Shown here: positions 11,835 through 24,894 of the stretch, one piece after another
Layout of the letters: every line of letters begins with the position of its first letter
How positions within the stretch are numbered: position 1 is the stretch's first letter
Origin: Eledone cirrhosa
Taxonomy: Eukaryota
Length of the DNA: 64,000 bases
Assembly: GCA_964016885.1 (NCBI GenBank)
Contig: OZ024740.1
Coordinates: 95,170,001-95,234,000 of the forward strand
Direction of reading: 5' to 3'
The notes under the pieces: generated by a model
The model's database searches: none
What the model saw: the letters and a program-made list of their open reading frames with translations, nothing else
Told to the model about the DNA's origin: nothing
Made by a program: the position numbers and the translations under genes

Positions 11835-12200
11835 GGTTTAGCAAATAATAAAAAGTTTTCAAGTAAATTTTAAAAGCTTCACTGTACCTGCTGTAATTGC
11901 CCTTACCCTACGGTCTCATGTCTCAATATATATGGATAATCCATGCGGAAATCTATTGAGAAGAAGACTTTCGTCAGAGGGTTCATCTCGCTCGGAGAAT
12001 ATAAAATTCCCGAGTTCAAATCACGAACTGGCACGATGCAGAACTGTTCCCGTGATGAGAGTGTATGCTGAAGAAACAATTGTGTGTAGTGCGTGTGTAA
12101 AGATAGAATGCAGGAGCGGAAAGAACAATGTACTGCCACTAGAATGAGCAGCAGTTAAACGACCAAAGGGTTATCTCGACTAGGGGAGATTAATAATAAT
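11831..12200 (-). mobile_element. pLTR fragment with degenerate HHR (11905-11982) between (TA)n tracts
   Basis: accct-CTGACGA-aagtct...agacat-GAGA-ccg-TA-gggt on the minus strand. Confidence 0.5.
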
Positions 12201-12202
12201 AG

Positions 12203-12629
<427 letters not shown>

Positions 12630-12714
12630 AAAGTTCTATTTAAAAGTGTTGGGATACAACAAGTAAATATTTTGTAACTGATATAAAGTACTCGACAAGT
12701 TTTTGGAGAAGATA

Positions 12715-13085
12715 TACGATGTTAAATAAATGGAAACTATATTTATAAAACCATATTTATTTCATTATCCATATTTCAGGGTTACCAAATTAAAATACGG
12801 TATGCCTTCATCATACAAAATACAATATATAAACAGTTTTATAAATCATTTTGACGTACCCTATTTGAAGCGACCATTACTTTTCGAAGCTGTCTGGCTA
12901 TCCAGACAGCTTCCAAAAGTAATGGCCGCTTGTAATAGGGTACGTCAAAATTATTTATAAATCTGTTTATATATTGTATTTTGTCTGCTGAAGGCATACC
13001 AAATTTTAATTTGGTATCCCTGAAGTATGTATAATGAAATAAATATGGTTTTATATATATAATTTCCATTTATTTAATATCGAAT
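12715..13085. mobile_element. Older fold-back pLTR palindrome with an HHR remnant in each arm
   Basis: Arms mirror about 12900; ORF-track entries 12730-12960 (+) and 12839-13069 (-) are mirror images. Related to the 7360 pLTR end. Confidence 0.8.
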
Positions 13086-13122
13086 ATATATATATATACA
13101 TAAATATACATATATATATATA

Positions 13123-13206
<84 letters not shown>

Positions 13207-13822
13207 CGTGTGTGTCTATGTGTGTGTGTGTGTGTGGGTGAATGTGTACGTCGACACCTGGAATTTAGCTTAAGAGAAACATGACAATAATGAGATGATA
13301 GGCACGCAATATTTTGAACTGGTTTATAGAATTTTCTTGGCCTTTGTCTCTCTAAGTAGAGCTTTAAAGAATTACCTTTCAAAGAATTTCCCTATTCTTT
13401 AAATCCATCCACCCTGACGGATCCCCAACCATCTTATAAACACCTGAAATATAGGCATTGTTAGCCTAAGAAAAACTTAAAAATAAGGAATGGCTCCCTT
13501 ATCTGACCTTGTTTATAGGATTCTTTCTGCCTTTGTCACTCTAAATATAAATTATATCCTTAAAGAATTAGATTTTAATGAATTCCCTTTTGTTTCAACC
13601 GATGACCTACACCCATCCCCACACACTCATCTACCACGTGAATAAAGATAAATACCACAACATTTAAACATTTATTTTGGAAATCCAGATACTTAATGAT
13701 TTCTAAATAAGGAAACAGTTCTAGTCATGTAGAATCTTATCTAGACTAAACCTTCTATACTCTGCTATGTATTGAGTACCTTACTTACGGTGGTTACCTC
13801 CGATTCACACCGGAATACATAA

Positions 13823-13864
<42 letters not shown>

Positions 13865-13899
13865 AAAATAAATATATATATATATAAATAAATAAATAA

Positions 13900-13952
<53 letters not shown>

Positions 13953-13987
13953 AAAATAAATATATATATATATATATAAATAAATAA

Positions 13988-14077
<90 letters not shown>

Positions 14078-14539
14078 GTTAATATGAATTAATATATTTG
14101 ATAAACATACATACCGACATGTTCATGTTTGTATTGTAAATGACCAAGTTAGCTAGATTGAAATATACTAATAATAATATTACAGATTGCCTATCTTGAC
14201 TTAAGTTAATAATTCAACAAAAACAAATTGTATTGGCAATGGCCGTGGTGCTTGGACAAATTTAATTTTCAAAATCAAACCTGTTCCGTAGACAGGTTTA
14301 AACCTTAAAATCCAAATATGTTTCGAATAATGAAACAGTGGAAGAAATACCGCATTTTGTTATCCTCAGCAAGCACTATAAAAATTGGTATGTTCCACTT
14401 CAAAATATTTAGAAAGACTGTTTAGCGCACGAGGTAATTTCACGCGGGTATCCAGTGTCAAGCTAGTCACATACTCGTGCTGCTAGAAATAACAGCCGTT
14501 TGTATGGGGCTAAATTCAGCTCAACGAAGGAGCAGTGAG

Positions 14540-14595
14540 AAATCTATAATAATGAGTTCAAATCTCAGGCCTGAGATTTGAACTCATTATTATAG

Positions 14596-14599
<4 letters not shown>
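14540..14599. repeat. Perfect 60-bp palindrome abutting (TA)n
   Basis: aaatctataataatgagttcaaatctcagg|cctgagatttgaactcattattatagattt. Confidence 0.92.
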
Positions 14600-14675
<76 letters not shown>

Positions 14676-14714
14676 TATTGCATGATGATATTTGTTTTTG
14701 AAATGCGCATAATA

Positions 14715-14769
<55 letters not shown>

Positions 14770-14773
<4 letters not shown>

Positions 14774-17409
14774 ATCAGAAGATGGTTAAAAGAGTTCCAT
14801 GTATGTTATTATGCGCATTTCAAAAACAAATATCATCATGCAATAGCATTTGCATTTTCGTCAGATAAAATAAGATGGAATTTATCGTGACGACGGACTC
14901 TTTACTATCTGAAATTGCAACATAGTTAACCTTAATATTATTAAGAACAATATACGTAATCTCTTTAACCAACATAACTTAACAATTGAATTTGATAACA
15001 GCATCAAACTAGCTAATTTCTTGGATGTATCTCTTAATCTTGACACTGGCCTATATTACCCTTACCATAAAAACAATGAGAACCTAAATTATGTTAATTT
15101 TAATTCTAATCACCTCACTAATATTAATAATGCTATAGTTAGTAATATTGGAAACAGAATATCTAACCTATCTTCTAATAAAAACATATTTGATGCTAAC
15201 GCCAATTACTATAATAATGCGCTTTCTAAAGCTGGTTATCCTGATAAAATCAAATATATTAAAGAAACAAATTCTAGAAGATCTTACAGTAGAATAATTA
15301 ATCATGATCAATTTCAATAACTTTAATAAAAGACCTAGATACAAAAACATAATCTGGTATAATGCTCAGTTCTCCATCTCTATTAATTATAATATTCATA
15401 AATCATTCTTTAGTGCCTTAAATAAATGCTTCCCTCCCTCATACATCTATAGTAAAATATTTAACAAACACACTATAACATTTTCCCATTCGAACTCCTC
15501 CAACATCTCCAACATTATCTCTAAACACAACAATAAAATACTAAATACTAAATCTCTTCCTTCCAACACTGAATATCATAAGAATAGTAATAGTTCTCCC
15601 GACGTCATTGTAAACACTAAGCTAATTTCTCCGAACCCAAATACAACGTCAAACACAACTTCGCTAAATGTTCTTAATCTCATTCTAAATCAAGAAACTA
15701 GTATTCCTATCGTAAATAACTTCTCCAAACCAATTCCTTCTATAGATAACACTAGGTCACCTGTTAATAACTCTGCTAATCTCTCTAATCGCAATTGCAA
15801 TTGCCCTGTTAAAAATAAGTGTCCTCTCAACAACCATTGTCTTGAAAAAAACTTAATCTACGAATGTAAAGTTATAACTGATACCAATTCCTTCACTTAT
15901 TTTGGCTCCACTTCCACCTCCTATAAAGCTCGTCTTTATAATCATCATTCGTCTTTTAAATACCAACTTAAAAGAACCAACACGGCACTCTCAGAACTCA
16001 TATGGTCCCTGAAAGACAAACATATTAAATATAACATCTCTGGAAAAAGGTTTATTCTGCTTCTACATAATTGAACAGTTCTCTATCCAAGACTTGCAAT
16101 CTCTGTTTAAATGAAACAATTACCATTATATCTGATTTAGATTGTATAATAAATAAACGCACTGACTTGTTTTCTCTCTGCTTGCATAAATTCCACAGAA
16201 CATTCCATAAAGTATACAGCTAATATCTAATACTTTATCAATTTAAAATCATTTTCTCAACGGCACATATATATATATATATACATATATATTTCTTTAA
16301 AAATATACCCATATTTCTACCTTATTTCAATGTTATTTATCATACATTATATAATACTAGTTACTCATTCTATATCACTCTTATTTATCACTTCCCTTTC
16401 TTTTTTTTTCCTTTTTATTTTATTTTTTTTATTTTTCTTTTAATTTCTAACCCCTAATCTGTACCTTTTCTTCCTAGATACTTATCAATTATCATTGTGC
16501 TTAACGTAGAAACAGTTATTACACAGCACAATATAATTCTTACTTTATATCACCTTGAAAAAATCCTTCGTAAACATAAACATTTTTTTGACGTTAGATT
16601 ATTCATCCTCAATTGATTATTTTTTTCTCCCTTTCATTCTCATCTAACTTATACATATTACACTTATTCATCCAATCTTCTACTTTTTCACAATATATCC
16701 TTACTTACATTACTATTGCTATATTTTTATATTTTTTTAATAATACATTTCAACAATTTCTTTCCATCGCACATATTATTAAACACTTAAATATTATTCT
16801 TAATACATATTAACAATTTCTTTTCATCGCACATATTATTAAACCCTTAAATATACAAACCTTAATTTAACATTATTCCATATTTTTCTCTTCGTTAATT
16901 TTCAAATTCTTTTAATTTATATATTATCTTCCAACGGTTTTTCAACCTCTCTATGTAAAACAATATATTTTTCTCAGTTATAACAGCTCTCTCTCTCTCT
17001 CTCTATCACCCGTCTCTCCTCCTATCTCATCCTTCCTCATTATACTCTCCCCCCCCCTCCACATTTTACTCTCATCTCCTCCTCTTGTTCATCGTTTCCA
17101 CCCTCCCCCCTCAAAAATTGTTTTCCAATACACACATCAATCTAAAACTACTTTTCATATGTTGATTTAAAACTGCATTATTCACAAGTGTGTTTTAACC
17201 TTCGTATCATGTCTCCCTATTTTATCTGACGAAAACGCAAATGTTATTGCATGATAATATTTGTTTTTGAAATGCGCATAATGAAATACATGGAACTCTT
17301 TTAACCATCTGTTGATCTTATATATTATTTATACTCGAATCCTACAAACTGTAGAGTGGTACTTATCCGATATCTGCATTGCTTTATTGTACTACAATAA
17401 AACTCACCT

Positions 17410-17410
<1 letters not shown>
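14770..17410 (+). mobile_element. 5'-truncated Nematis-like PLE with inverted pLTR piece (14770-14872)
   Basis: GIYRDDGL at ~14877, FLDVSLNL, IIWYNAQF, CNC-x5-CPL, LIYEC..YFGSTS..KARLYNH. 14770-14872 is the reverse complement of 17218-17322. Both ends lie in (TA)n. Confidence 0.92.
17218..17288 (+). ncRNA. Intact type I hammerhead ribozyme (inverted copy at 14802-14872)
   Basis: tattttat-CTGACGA-aaacgcaaatgttatt gcat gataatatttgttttt-GAAA-tgcgca-TA-atgaaata. Canonical core; palindromic stem III. Confidence 0.88.
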
Positions 17411-17456
<46 letters not shown>

Positions 17457-17715
17457 AAATGTAGAAAGGATTCTAAAGGACTAGAAGTGTTTCATTCCGA
17501 AGAAATGTGGTTAGCTTCCATTGTACCCGGGATAAACGTATATAAGTGTCAAAATGGCTGTACATCGCGGAAAATAATCTGTATCATTTGTCTATTATTT
17601 CTTCATAAGTAAATTTTAAACTTGTAGCCTCGTTTAAATGATTTTTTATGTGGTTGATTTATACTGATTGGGAGAGGTAATACTGTATATATTTTACCTA
17701 CTGATTATTTGGACT

Positions 17716-17759
<44 letters not shown>

Positions 17760-17917
17760 ATATTAACAAATGGAAACTATATTTATAAAACCATATTTAT
17801 TTTATTATGCATATTTCAAGGGCCACCACGGCAGATTATGGTGCGCTTACATCAGATAAAAACAATACAGATTAGCTGTATGAATAAATAGTGACATTTC
17901 CTGAAAACATGCAACCT

Positions 17918-17976
<59 letters not shown>

Positions 17977-17982
<6 letters not shown>

Positions 17983-19776
17983 ATACTTGGGGAGGGTCAT
18001 ATTTGCGTAATATTGCCAGAATTAATAACAGAACACACTCACTGTTTGGTTGGTTTTCGCTTCTCGCCGTCTTTTATATCTGCGATCTAACTTACTCGGT
18101 CCTCAATGTTGCCATTGACTGACCGGCGGTCAAAAATAATACAGATACAATATAGACACAAACACATATATATATATATAGTTTACATAATTTACATAAA
18201 TCTTTCGTTGCACATCTGCAACATCGTCAGTGGTGTTATATTCATTGTTCTTCCTGTTGTGTTGTATGTCTACGCCATTTTTTATTCAGTCTGTCTATAT
18301 ATTTATTTATATATTTGCTTGTTTGTTTATCTTATTTTATTTTGTCTTCTTTGCGCATGCGTTTGCGTGTGTGTATAGTGTTATATGTGATGTGTGACTA
18401 GTGTGTATAGTTTTGTGTCTGCTGGGTGACTAGTGTGTGTTTATGTGCTTGTTGTTATTGTGCTTGTGTATGTATTTATTTATCTTATTTTATTTAATTT
18501 TATTTACTTATTTATACTTCTCTTAGGAATTTGCCCACTATACAGGAACAAATCATGGAATAGCTTAGATAGGGCTAGACATAAGATAGGGAAGGCCACA
18601 TCATGGTACGACAACCAGAGATATCAGAGTGTCATGTTTGTGGACGCCACCCCTGGAGGGAAATTAGCTAACCAGTGTAGAAAGGCCCTGAGAAAGACCC
18701 ACATAAAAATAAAGGTGGTAGAAAAGCCAGGAAACACCATAAAATCCCTGATCAGGAAAACCTACCCTTTTAAGAAAACCCACTGTACCAATAGGAAGTG
18801 TATCATATGTAAGGCGAACCCCCGGATAAACTGTAAAACTAGAAACGTAGTCTATAGCATAAGATGTACAGAGGGTACTTGCAGAAACATGACAACAACA
18901 TACATAGGTGAGACAGCTCGTAGCATAGGTGAAAGGATAGACCAACACTGGGTGGAACTAAAAGGACGAAAAAACGGGTCAGTACTATACGAACATGCTA
19001 GACAACAACATGACGGTAACATAGACAACATAGAAATTAGAATAATATCTAAACATAGGAATGACCCAGCAGATAGGCAAATCAGAGTGGCCAGTGAAAT
19101 AGAAAGTAGAAGACCAAAGCTAAACAGAAAGAATGAGTGGAACAACAACACCCAAACAAACAACACTGACCTAAGAGAAGTATAAATAAGTAAATAAAAT
19201 AAAATAAAATAAGATAAATAAATACATACACAAGCACAATATCAACAAGCACATAAACACACACTAGTCACCCAGCAGACACAACACTATACACACTAGT
19301 CACACATCACACATAACACTATACACACACGCAAACGCATGCGCAAAGAAGACAAAATAAAATAAGATAAACAAACAAGCAAATAAATAAATAAATATAT
19401 AGACAGACTGAATAAAAAATGGCGTAGACATACAACACAACAGGAGGAACAATGAATATAACACCACTGACGATGTTGCAGATGTGCAACGAAAGATTTA
19501 TGTAAATTATGTAAACTATATATATATATATGTGTTTGTGTCTATATTGTATCTGCATTATTTTTGACCGCCGGTCAGTCAATGGCAACATTGAGGACCG
19601 AGTAAGTTAGATCGCAGATATAAAAGACAGCGAGAAGCGAAAACCAACCAAACAGTGAGTGTGTTCTGTTATTAATTCTGGCAATATTACGCAAATATGA
19701 CCCTCCCCAAGTATAACAATATCTGTTTCGACACACAATTTCATATAAAAAACCTCGCAAAACTAATTCATCGCCG

Positions 19777-19778
<2 letters not shown>
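17977..19778 (+). mobile_element. Fold-back PLE: inverted pLTR 17977-18526, GIY-YIG 18527-19185, pLTR to 19778
   Basis: VMFVDATPGG, C-x4-C-x2-[34 protein letters not shown]. Arms are near identical. Same family as 33560-36545. Confidence 0.93.
19462..19505 (+). ncRNA. Minimal type I HHR (copies at 18192-18236 - and 33806-33849 -)
   Basis: cca-CTGACGA-t-gttgca gatg tgcaac-GAAA-gatt-TA-tg. Perfect 6-bp stem II; short stem I. Confidence 0.75.
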
Positions 19779-19811
<33 letters not shown>

Positions 19812-19818
<7 letters not shown>

Positions 19819-20082
19819 AACTAAAATAAATAAGTCAAACGTTTAAAATTTTGCTTGGTTTATTAATGCTATATATATTTCGGTGACAGCCATGTTTGGC
19901 TGTGACCTCTTCAGGCTGTCACCGAAATATATATAGCAGTACACCTTTAATAAACGAAGCCAAATTTTAAACATTGGATTTAATTATTTTATTTTACATT
20001 ATTCCGGGGTAACCAAACCTTCCTGTGCACTTCATCGAATGCTCCAATCTGCATACTGAGATGTCGGTAAACAACCAACATA

Positions 20083-20088
<6 letters not shown>
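19812..20088. mobile_element. Small fold-back pLTR fragment with HHR (19867-19916, minus)
   Basis: Minus strand reads CTGAAGA-ggtcacagcca aaca tggctgtcacc-GAAA-tatata-TA-gc. Arms 19812-19891 and 19914-19995 are inverted. (TA)n on both sides. Confidence 0.75.
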
Positions 20089-20133
<45 letters not shown>

Positions 20134-20664
20134 CATATGTATAAGAAAGTATTCAGTTTAATTGAATTTCATATAGTATTATATATTACATGTTTACTTT
20201 TATATATATTTCGATGGTACATATTATGAAATAGAAAGCTATTGTGCGATCATTTATTCAATGTGTGATATGTCCCATCTATGTTTTAATGTTACTCGTC
20301 TATGACACGGCTAACATATGGATTAAGTATTAGAAAGTCAGCTAGTATGATTACTTTAGGTGTGTTGATTATATCTGATTCATTGATCCTCACATCATTA
20401 AATTTTTGGTGAAATGTAAATTTGACATAGATGTCAAAATTAGTTCAACGTAAGAAATATTATTGTTGAAGAAAATCTTTGTAAAGTTGGGCACTCTTTT
20501 TCTCCACATTCTATTGATTTTATCGGATTAATGTTATTGTGCTTAACCCCCAACCCCCCTTCTTGTTTTCTGATGTTTGCCGGCAAAACTGTATGTTATC
20601 ATAGAATGATACCATTATTTGAAAACATTTTAAGATTAATGAACTTTCATTTTAGAAAGGTTAT

Positions 20665-20715
20665 ATAGTAGTAGCAGCAGCAGCAGCAGCGAAAGCAGCA
20701 GCAGTAGTAGTAGTA

Positions 20716-20750
<35 letters not shown>

Positions 20751-20764
20751 TTTAGTAGTAGTAA

Positions 20765-20817
<53 letters not shown>
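20665..20817. repeat. (TAG/CAG)n microsatellite
   Basis: Direct reading. Confidence 0.95.
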
Positions 20818-21606
20818 ATCCAAATTATTTTAATTTTATTTGATCGTAATCAATGCCACAATTCCACACATAATGAAAATTTAAAAAGGTAAAGATGAAA
20901 TGATAAATAACTAAGATATAGTTAAATATAAAAAAAATCTACAACTAATACAGATTTAGGAACATTGCCAGTTGTGCAATTTTTAGTAGATTGTCTATAG
21001 TAACTTAGGTAAAGTAGGTGTTATTATATATGATAGTTAATGTACATCCTAGTGTAGATAGGGGTATATATTTAGGTATATTGTATTGTGATATAGTATC
21101 ATTACTATATTTGTGGTTAATGTATTTTAGGTTGTAACCACTTATGTCTTTCTTTATCCATTATTATGACTTCTGTGAGGTTGTAAAACAGTGACGGATA
21201 TTCCTGTTGTGGTTTATCGGTTAGTGAGTTTACCTAGAAACGTCTTCCATATCGATTTAGGTAATTTCTAGGTTTTAGCTGAAGACAATCGGCAAAGAAG
21301 TGAGCAATTAAGCAGTGGCCACCTCGTCTGCATTCAGACCATTTCAGTTTATACTACATTTAAATTGCTACATTTAACTTGCGCTCCTAATCCTTCTCAT
21401 TAAACGTGCGGCGGTGGTTATACCAGTGGTCCTTAAACGTGTTCGCTGTCTCCCCCACATATGTGTATGACACACTGTCAGTGGTAACGCTACATTGATA
21501 TACCGTGTTTTACGGAGGCATCCACTATCCAGTGTATTTGCATCTGAAAATACTGTAGAAAATATATACAGAAAATATATGCAAATAGCCACAGATCATA
21601 CATTCC

Positions 21607-21687
<81 letters not shown>

Positions 21688-21689
<2 letters not shown>

Positions 21690-22355
21690 ATGATATTCAT
21701 AAATGGAAACTATATTTATAAAACCATATTTATTTTATTATATATATTGCAAGGGTACCAAAACTTTGGTACGCCTTAATTCTGATAAAAAACAAAGTTT
21801 GTTTTATAAATATTGACATATCCAGGAAGGCGATCTTAACGGTTCAAGTTTTTTCTCGATAGTAAAAGGAAAGAGGGGAAAGAGAGGAAAAGTCGAATAT
21901 TTCAAATTATTAAGATGAATATGAAAATGAGGTTGAGGTATAGGGCTGAAAATAACGCTATTTTTAGACGCTAGATAGATTTTTAAAATGATCAAGATAT
22001 ATGTCTGTATGTGTAGGAAAAGAAGACAGAGAAAGAAAGAAAAGTTTGTATTTACGTGAATTTAAAAAGAATTAACAATTTGTAGGAATGGTGGAATATG
22101 ATTCCACAATTTAAAAAAAATATTTAGCTATATTATGAGTTATAATATTATATATATAATCAATTAGATTATATGAAGAATTATGGTTGTAAGTACATTT
22201 TATCTTATTATATTGCAACAGGTTGTAAGTATATAAATATATACATAGATTAGTAAGTGTGCAAGTATACGTATTATTGGTGATTTTATAGTAATAATTG
22301 TTTACATTTCTAATATGAGTTTCGAAGGATGTTGATTTTACATTTTACATAAATA
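21688..22355 (-). mobile_element. PLE 3' UTR/pLTR fragment, same family as 7360-8000
   Basis: Aligns with 7365-8000. Its 3' end abuts (TA)n. Confidence 0.8.
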
Positions 22356-22359
22356 TTTC

Positions 22360-22585
22360 TGAAACATTCTAAACACATGTCCATACTATTGGAGCTGTGA
22401 TCTCTCAATTCGGAGATGTAGTGTCCATAACTGTAGTGACTTTCTGATCTCACAGATACGCACTCTATCGAGTAACGATACACATACCATCATTCACAAG
22501 AGAAACCCCACTTCGGTTGGTAGTGTTCGCGATCGCATTATTCGTGTCATTACACGAGATCCATGACCATAGGTCAGCATACATG
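22360..22585 (-). mobile_element. RTE-clade LINE fragment
   Basis: MLTYGHGSRVMTRIMRSRTLPTEVGFL resembles the RTE motif LTYGHExWVMTxRxRSRIQAxEMxFL. Confidence 0.65.
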
Positions 22586-22689
22586 TGAGGTTTTTAGTCG
22601 AATGTCTAAACAAAATGTCTAAAATGCCGAAAAGAAATGTCAGAGTAATTTCCCAATTAACGTATTTAAGACTATTCAACAGAATTTGT

Positions 22690-22795
22690 AATATAATTGG
22701 TTTGTCTCCCCACAGCCCCGGCGGACAGAATGGAGAAGGCGTTTCGCTGGAGGACGACAATGGAGACGCGCTGCAAGTGGTACAAGAGTCATTCT
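22690..22795 (-). mobile_element. 3' fragment of a CRE-like element
   Basis: Similar to 25015-25110 (ccccacagccc..gcggacagaatgga). Confidence 0.6.
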
Positions 22796-23253
22796 TACAA
22801 TTATATTCCAATATATCTGTGAGACATGAATTTAAAGTATTATTTGTCGTTTTTGTAGTAGTAGTAACATCTCAAAATTCCGCGATAAATTGATAACATA
22901 TTTTCAGTGATGTTAGATGATTATTTTTACTTTAGGGCTGTTAACCTAGATCGCCAACACCTACAAGCAAATACTTAACAGTTGTGACAATCCCAACATG
23001 TATCCCAGTCCTGGGACTATTGGACATACCGAACATATCTAACAGCTAAATATGTTCCACCTAATTCCAATAGTATACAGGTACTGGCGAAGACTGGAAG
23101 AAACAATGTCTTTGAAAACACAAAGGCCCACACATGTCTACATCCATCCACCGCCCAAACACACACTCACACACAAACGCAGACACACACACACTCCAGT
23201 AGGAAGGATTCTACTCGACAGAAACATTTTAAATGTAACACATTTGCAATTAA

Positions 23254-23436
23254 TTGTTTCTACTTGAGGCACAAGGCCAGCAATTACCCAGTGCAATACT
23301 GGTACTTTATTTTATCGACCCCGTAAGGATGAAAAGCAAAGTCAACCTCGGTGGGATTTGAACTCAGATCGTAAAGGGACGTAACTATGCTGGAAATCAT
23401 GGCGTCCGACCCTCTACCGATACTGCCAATCCACCG
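23254..23436 (-). mobile_element. tRNA-derived SINE with Meta/Sauria-like central domain (partial copy at 24773-24832)
   Basis: Minus strand has box A TGGCAGTATCGG, box B GAGTTCAAATCC and core TTTCATCCTTACGGGGTCGATAAAATAAAGTACCAG. Seven copies in the window. Confidence 0.85.
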
Positions 23437-23592
23437 ATGGAGCCGTATTAATAGTCATTAATATGTTTATCGTCCATCTCTACTACGAAATTATGTCTAC
23501 GAATTATATCTAGTTGTCTTCAATAATACGCTTAGTTGACTAATACCAATCATTATAAAATTGGTATTGGTCTGTATGTATTAATCCCGTCT

Positions 23593-23698
<106 letters not shown>

Positions 23699-24894
23699 GG
23701 TGTGTGTATGTGTGCATGTGTGTGTCTACGTGTTGTGCGTGTGTGTGTGTGTGCATGTCTGTGTATGTGTGTGTGCATGTATGTGTGTGTGTGTGTGTGT
23801 AATACATCGATGGCGATTTGTTTTCAGTATGTGTGAGTAAAACGTAAGATAAATAGTGAAAAGATGATACAGGAAAAATGAATTAGTAAAAATGCGAAAA
23901 ACTCGTAATTTAATTTTACACGCAAGAACATATTTCAATATCTGTTTGATCTTTTCTATTCTTTAGATGGCGGTATTAAGTAACAACAAATGTAACTGAA
24001 GTCTTACTCATTTTCAAAAATATACACGTAGACTGTATTCATAGATCTGCGGGCTGTCTGAATCAATATTATGTTGCTTCAGTTTCTTTTACTGATTATG
24101 TTATATATGCTTGCTCATTTCTCTCCGATAACAATAACTAAATGTCTGATGCTCTCAAGCATATTGATATATAATCTAATCATGCACCTTTTTTAATCTT
24201 TATTTCTAACTACAATAAATGATGTTAGTACTTTTCCATTCACTGTGCCCTAAGCATCACTGTCTATTCTGGTAATTTCCGAATGACAAACATTTTTACA
24301 GAGACATCTCTATTATTTTTTTTCCTTTCTTGACGTGTTCATTTACAAATGTTTAGACATGCGTTTAGATACGTGCTGTTGTTTTTGTTTTTTTAAAAGA
24401 CTATTCAGAAAATGTCATTTGCGACATTACATTACTTCCTCATTCCATGGATTCATCAGACTGAAAGCCACAATAAGTAGAAATATATTTTATTTATTTA
24501 TCACATGTATATATACCTGCCATTCAATATTTTATTCTGCTCATATCTACCAAAGCACACACACACACACACACACACACATACATATAGAACAGTCTAT
24601 CACATTTATATGTGAATTCCCTCCCTTTTACTAGCTTGTTTACACAGCAAGAATCAACAAATCATCTCTCTCATTTCTAAAGAAAGTTTTCCAAACATAT
24701 TAAGAAATATTGTCCACGTCTATAAACGCATTCATTATGAGTACGATTAATTAACTTTTACACATACAATATTTGTTTCTACTTTTGGCACAAGGCCAGC
24801 AATTATACCAGTGTATTACTGGTACTTTATTTTAAACGTAAAATATTAAAACGTCACTAGCTAGCAAAACGTCACTAGCTAGCAAAAAGCGAGG

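Noticed and set aside
13260-13827. Possible further pLTR with CTGACGG..GAAA and a TTGAGTAC motif shared with other pLTR ends
   Set aside because: I could not build consistent stems, and the motif is too short.
20230-21240. Possible L1/Tx1 remnant (EGGLG on the minus strand) and an HHR 3' half near 20200
   Set aside because: Only one short motif each; too decayed to support a call.
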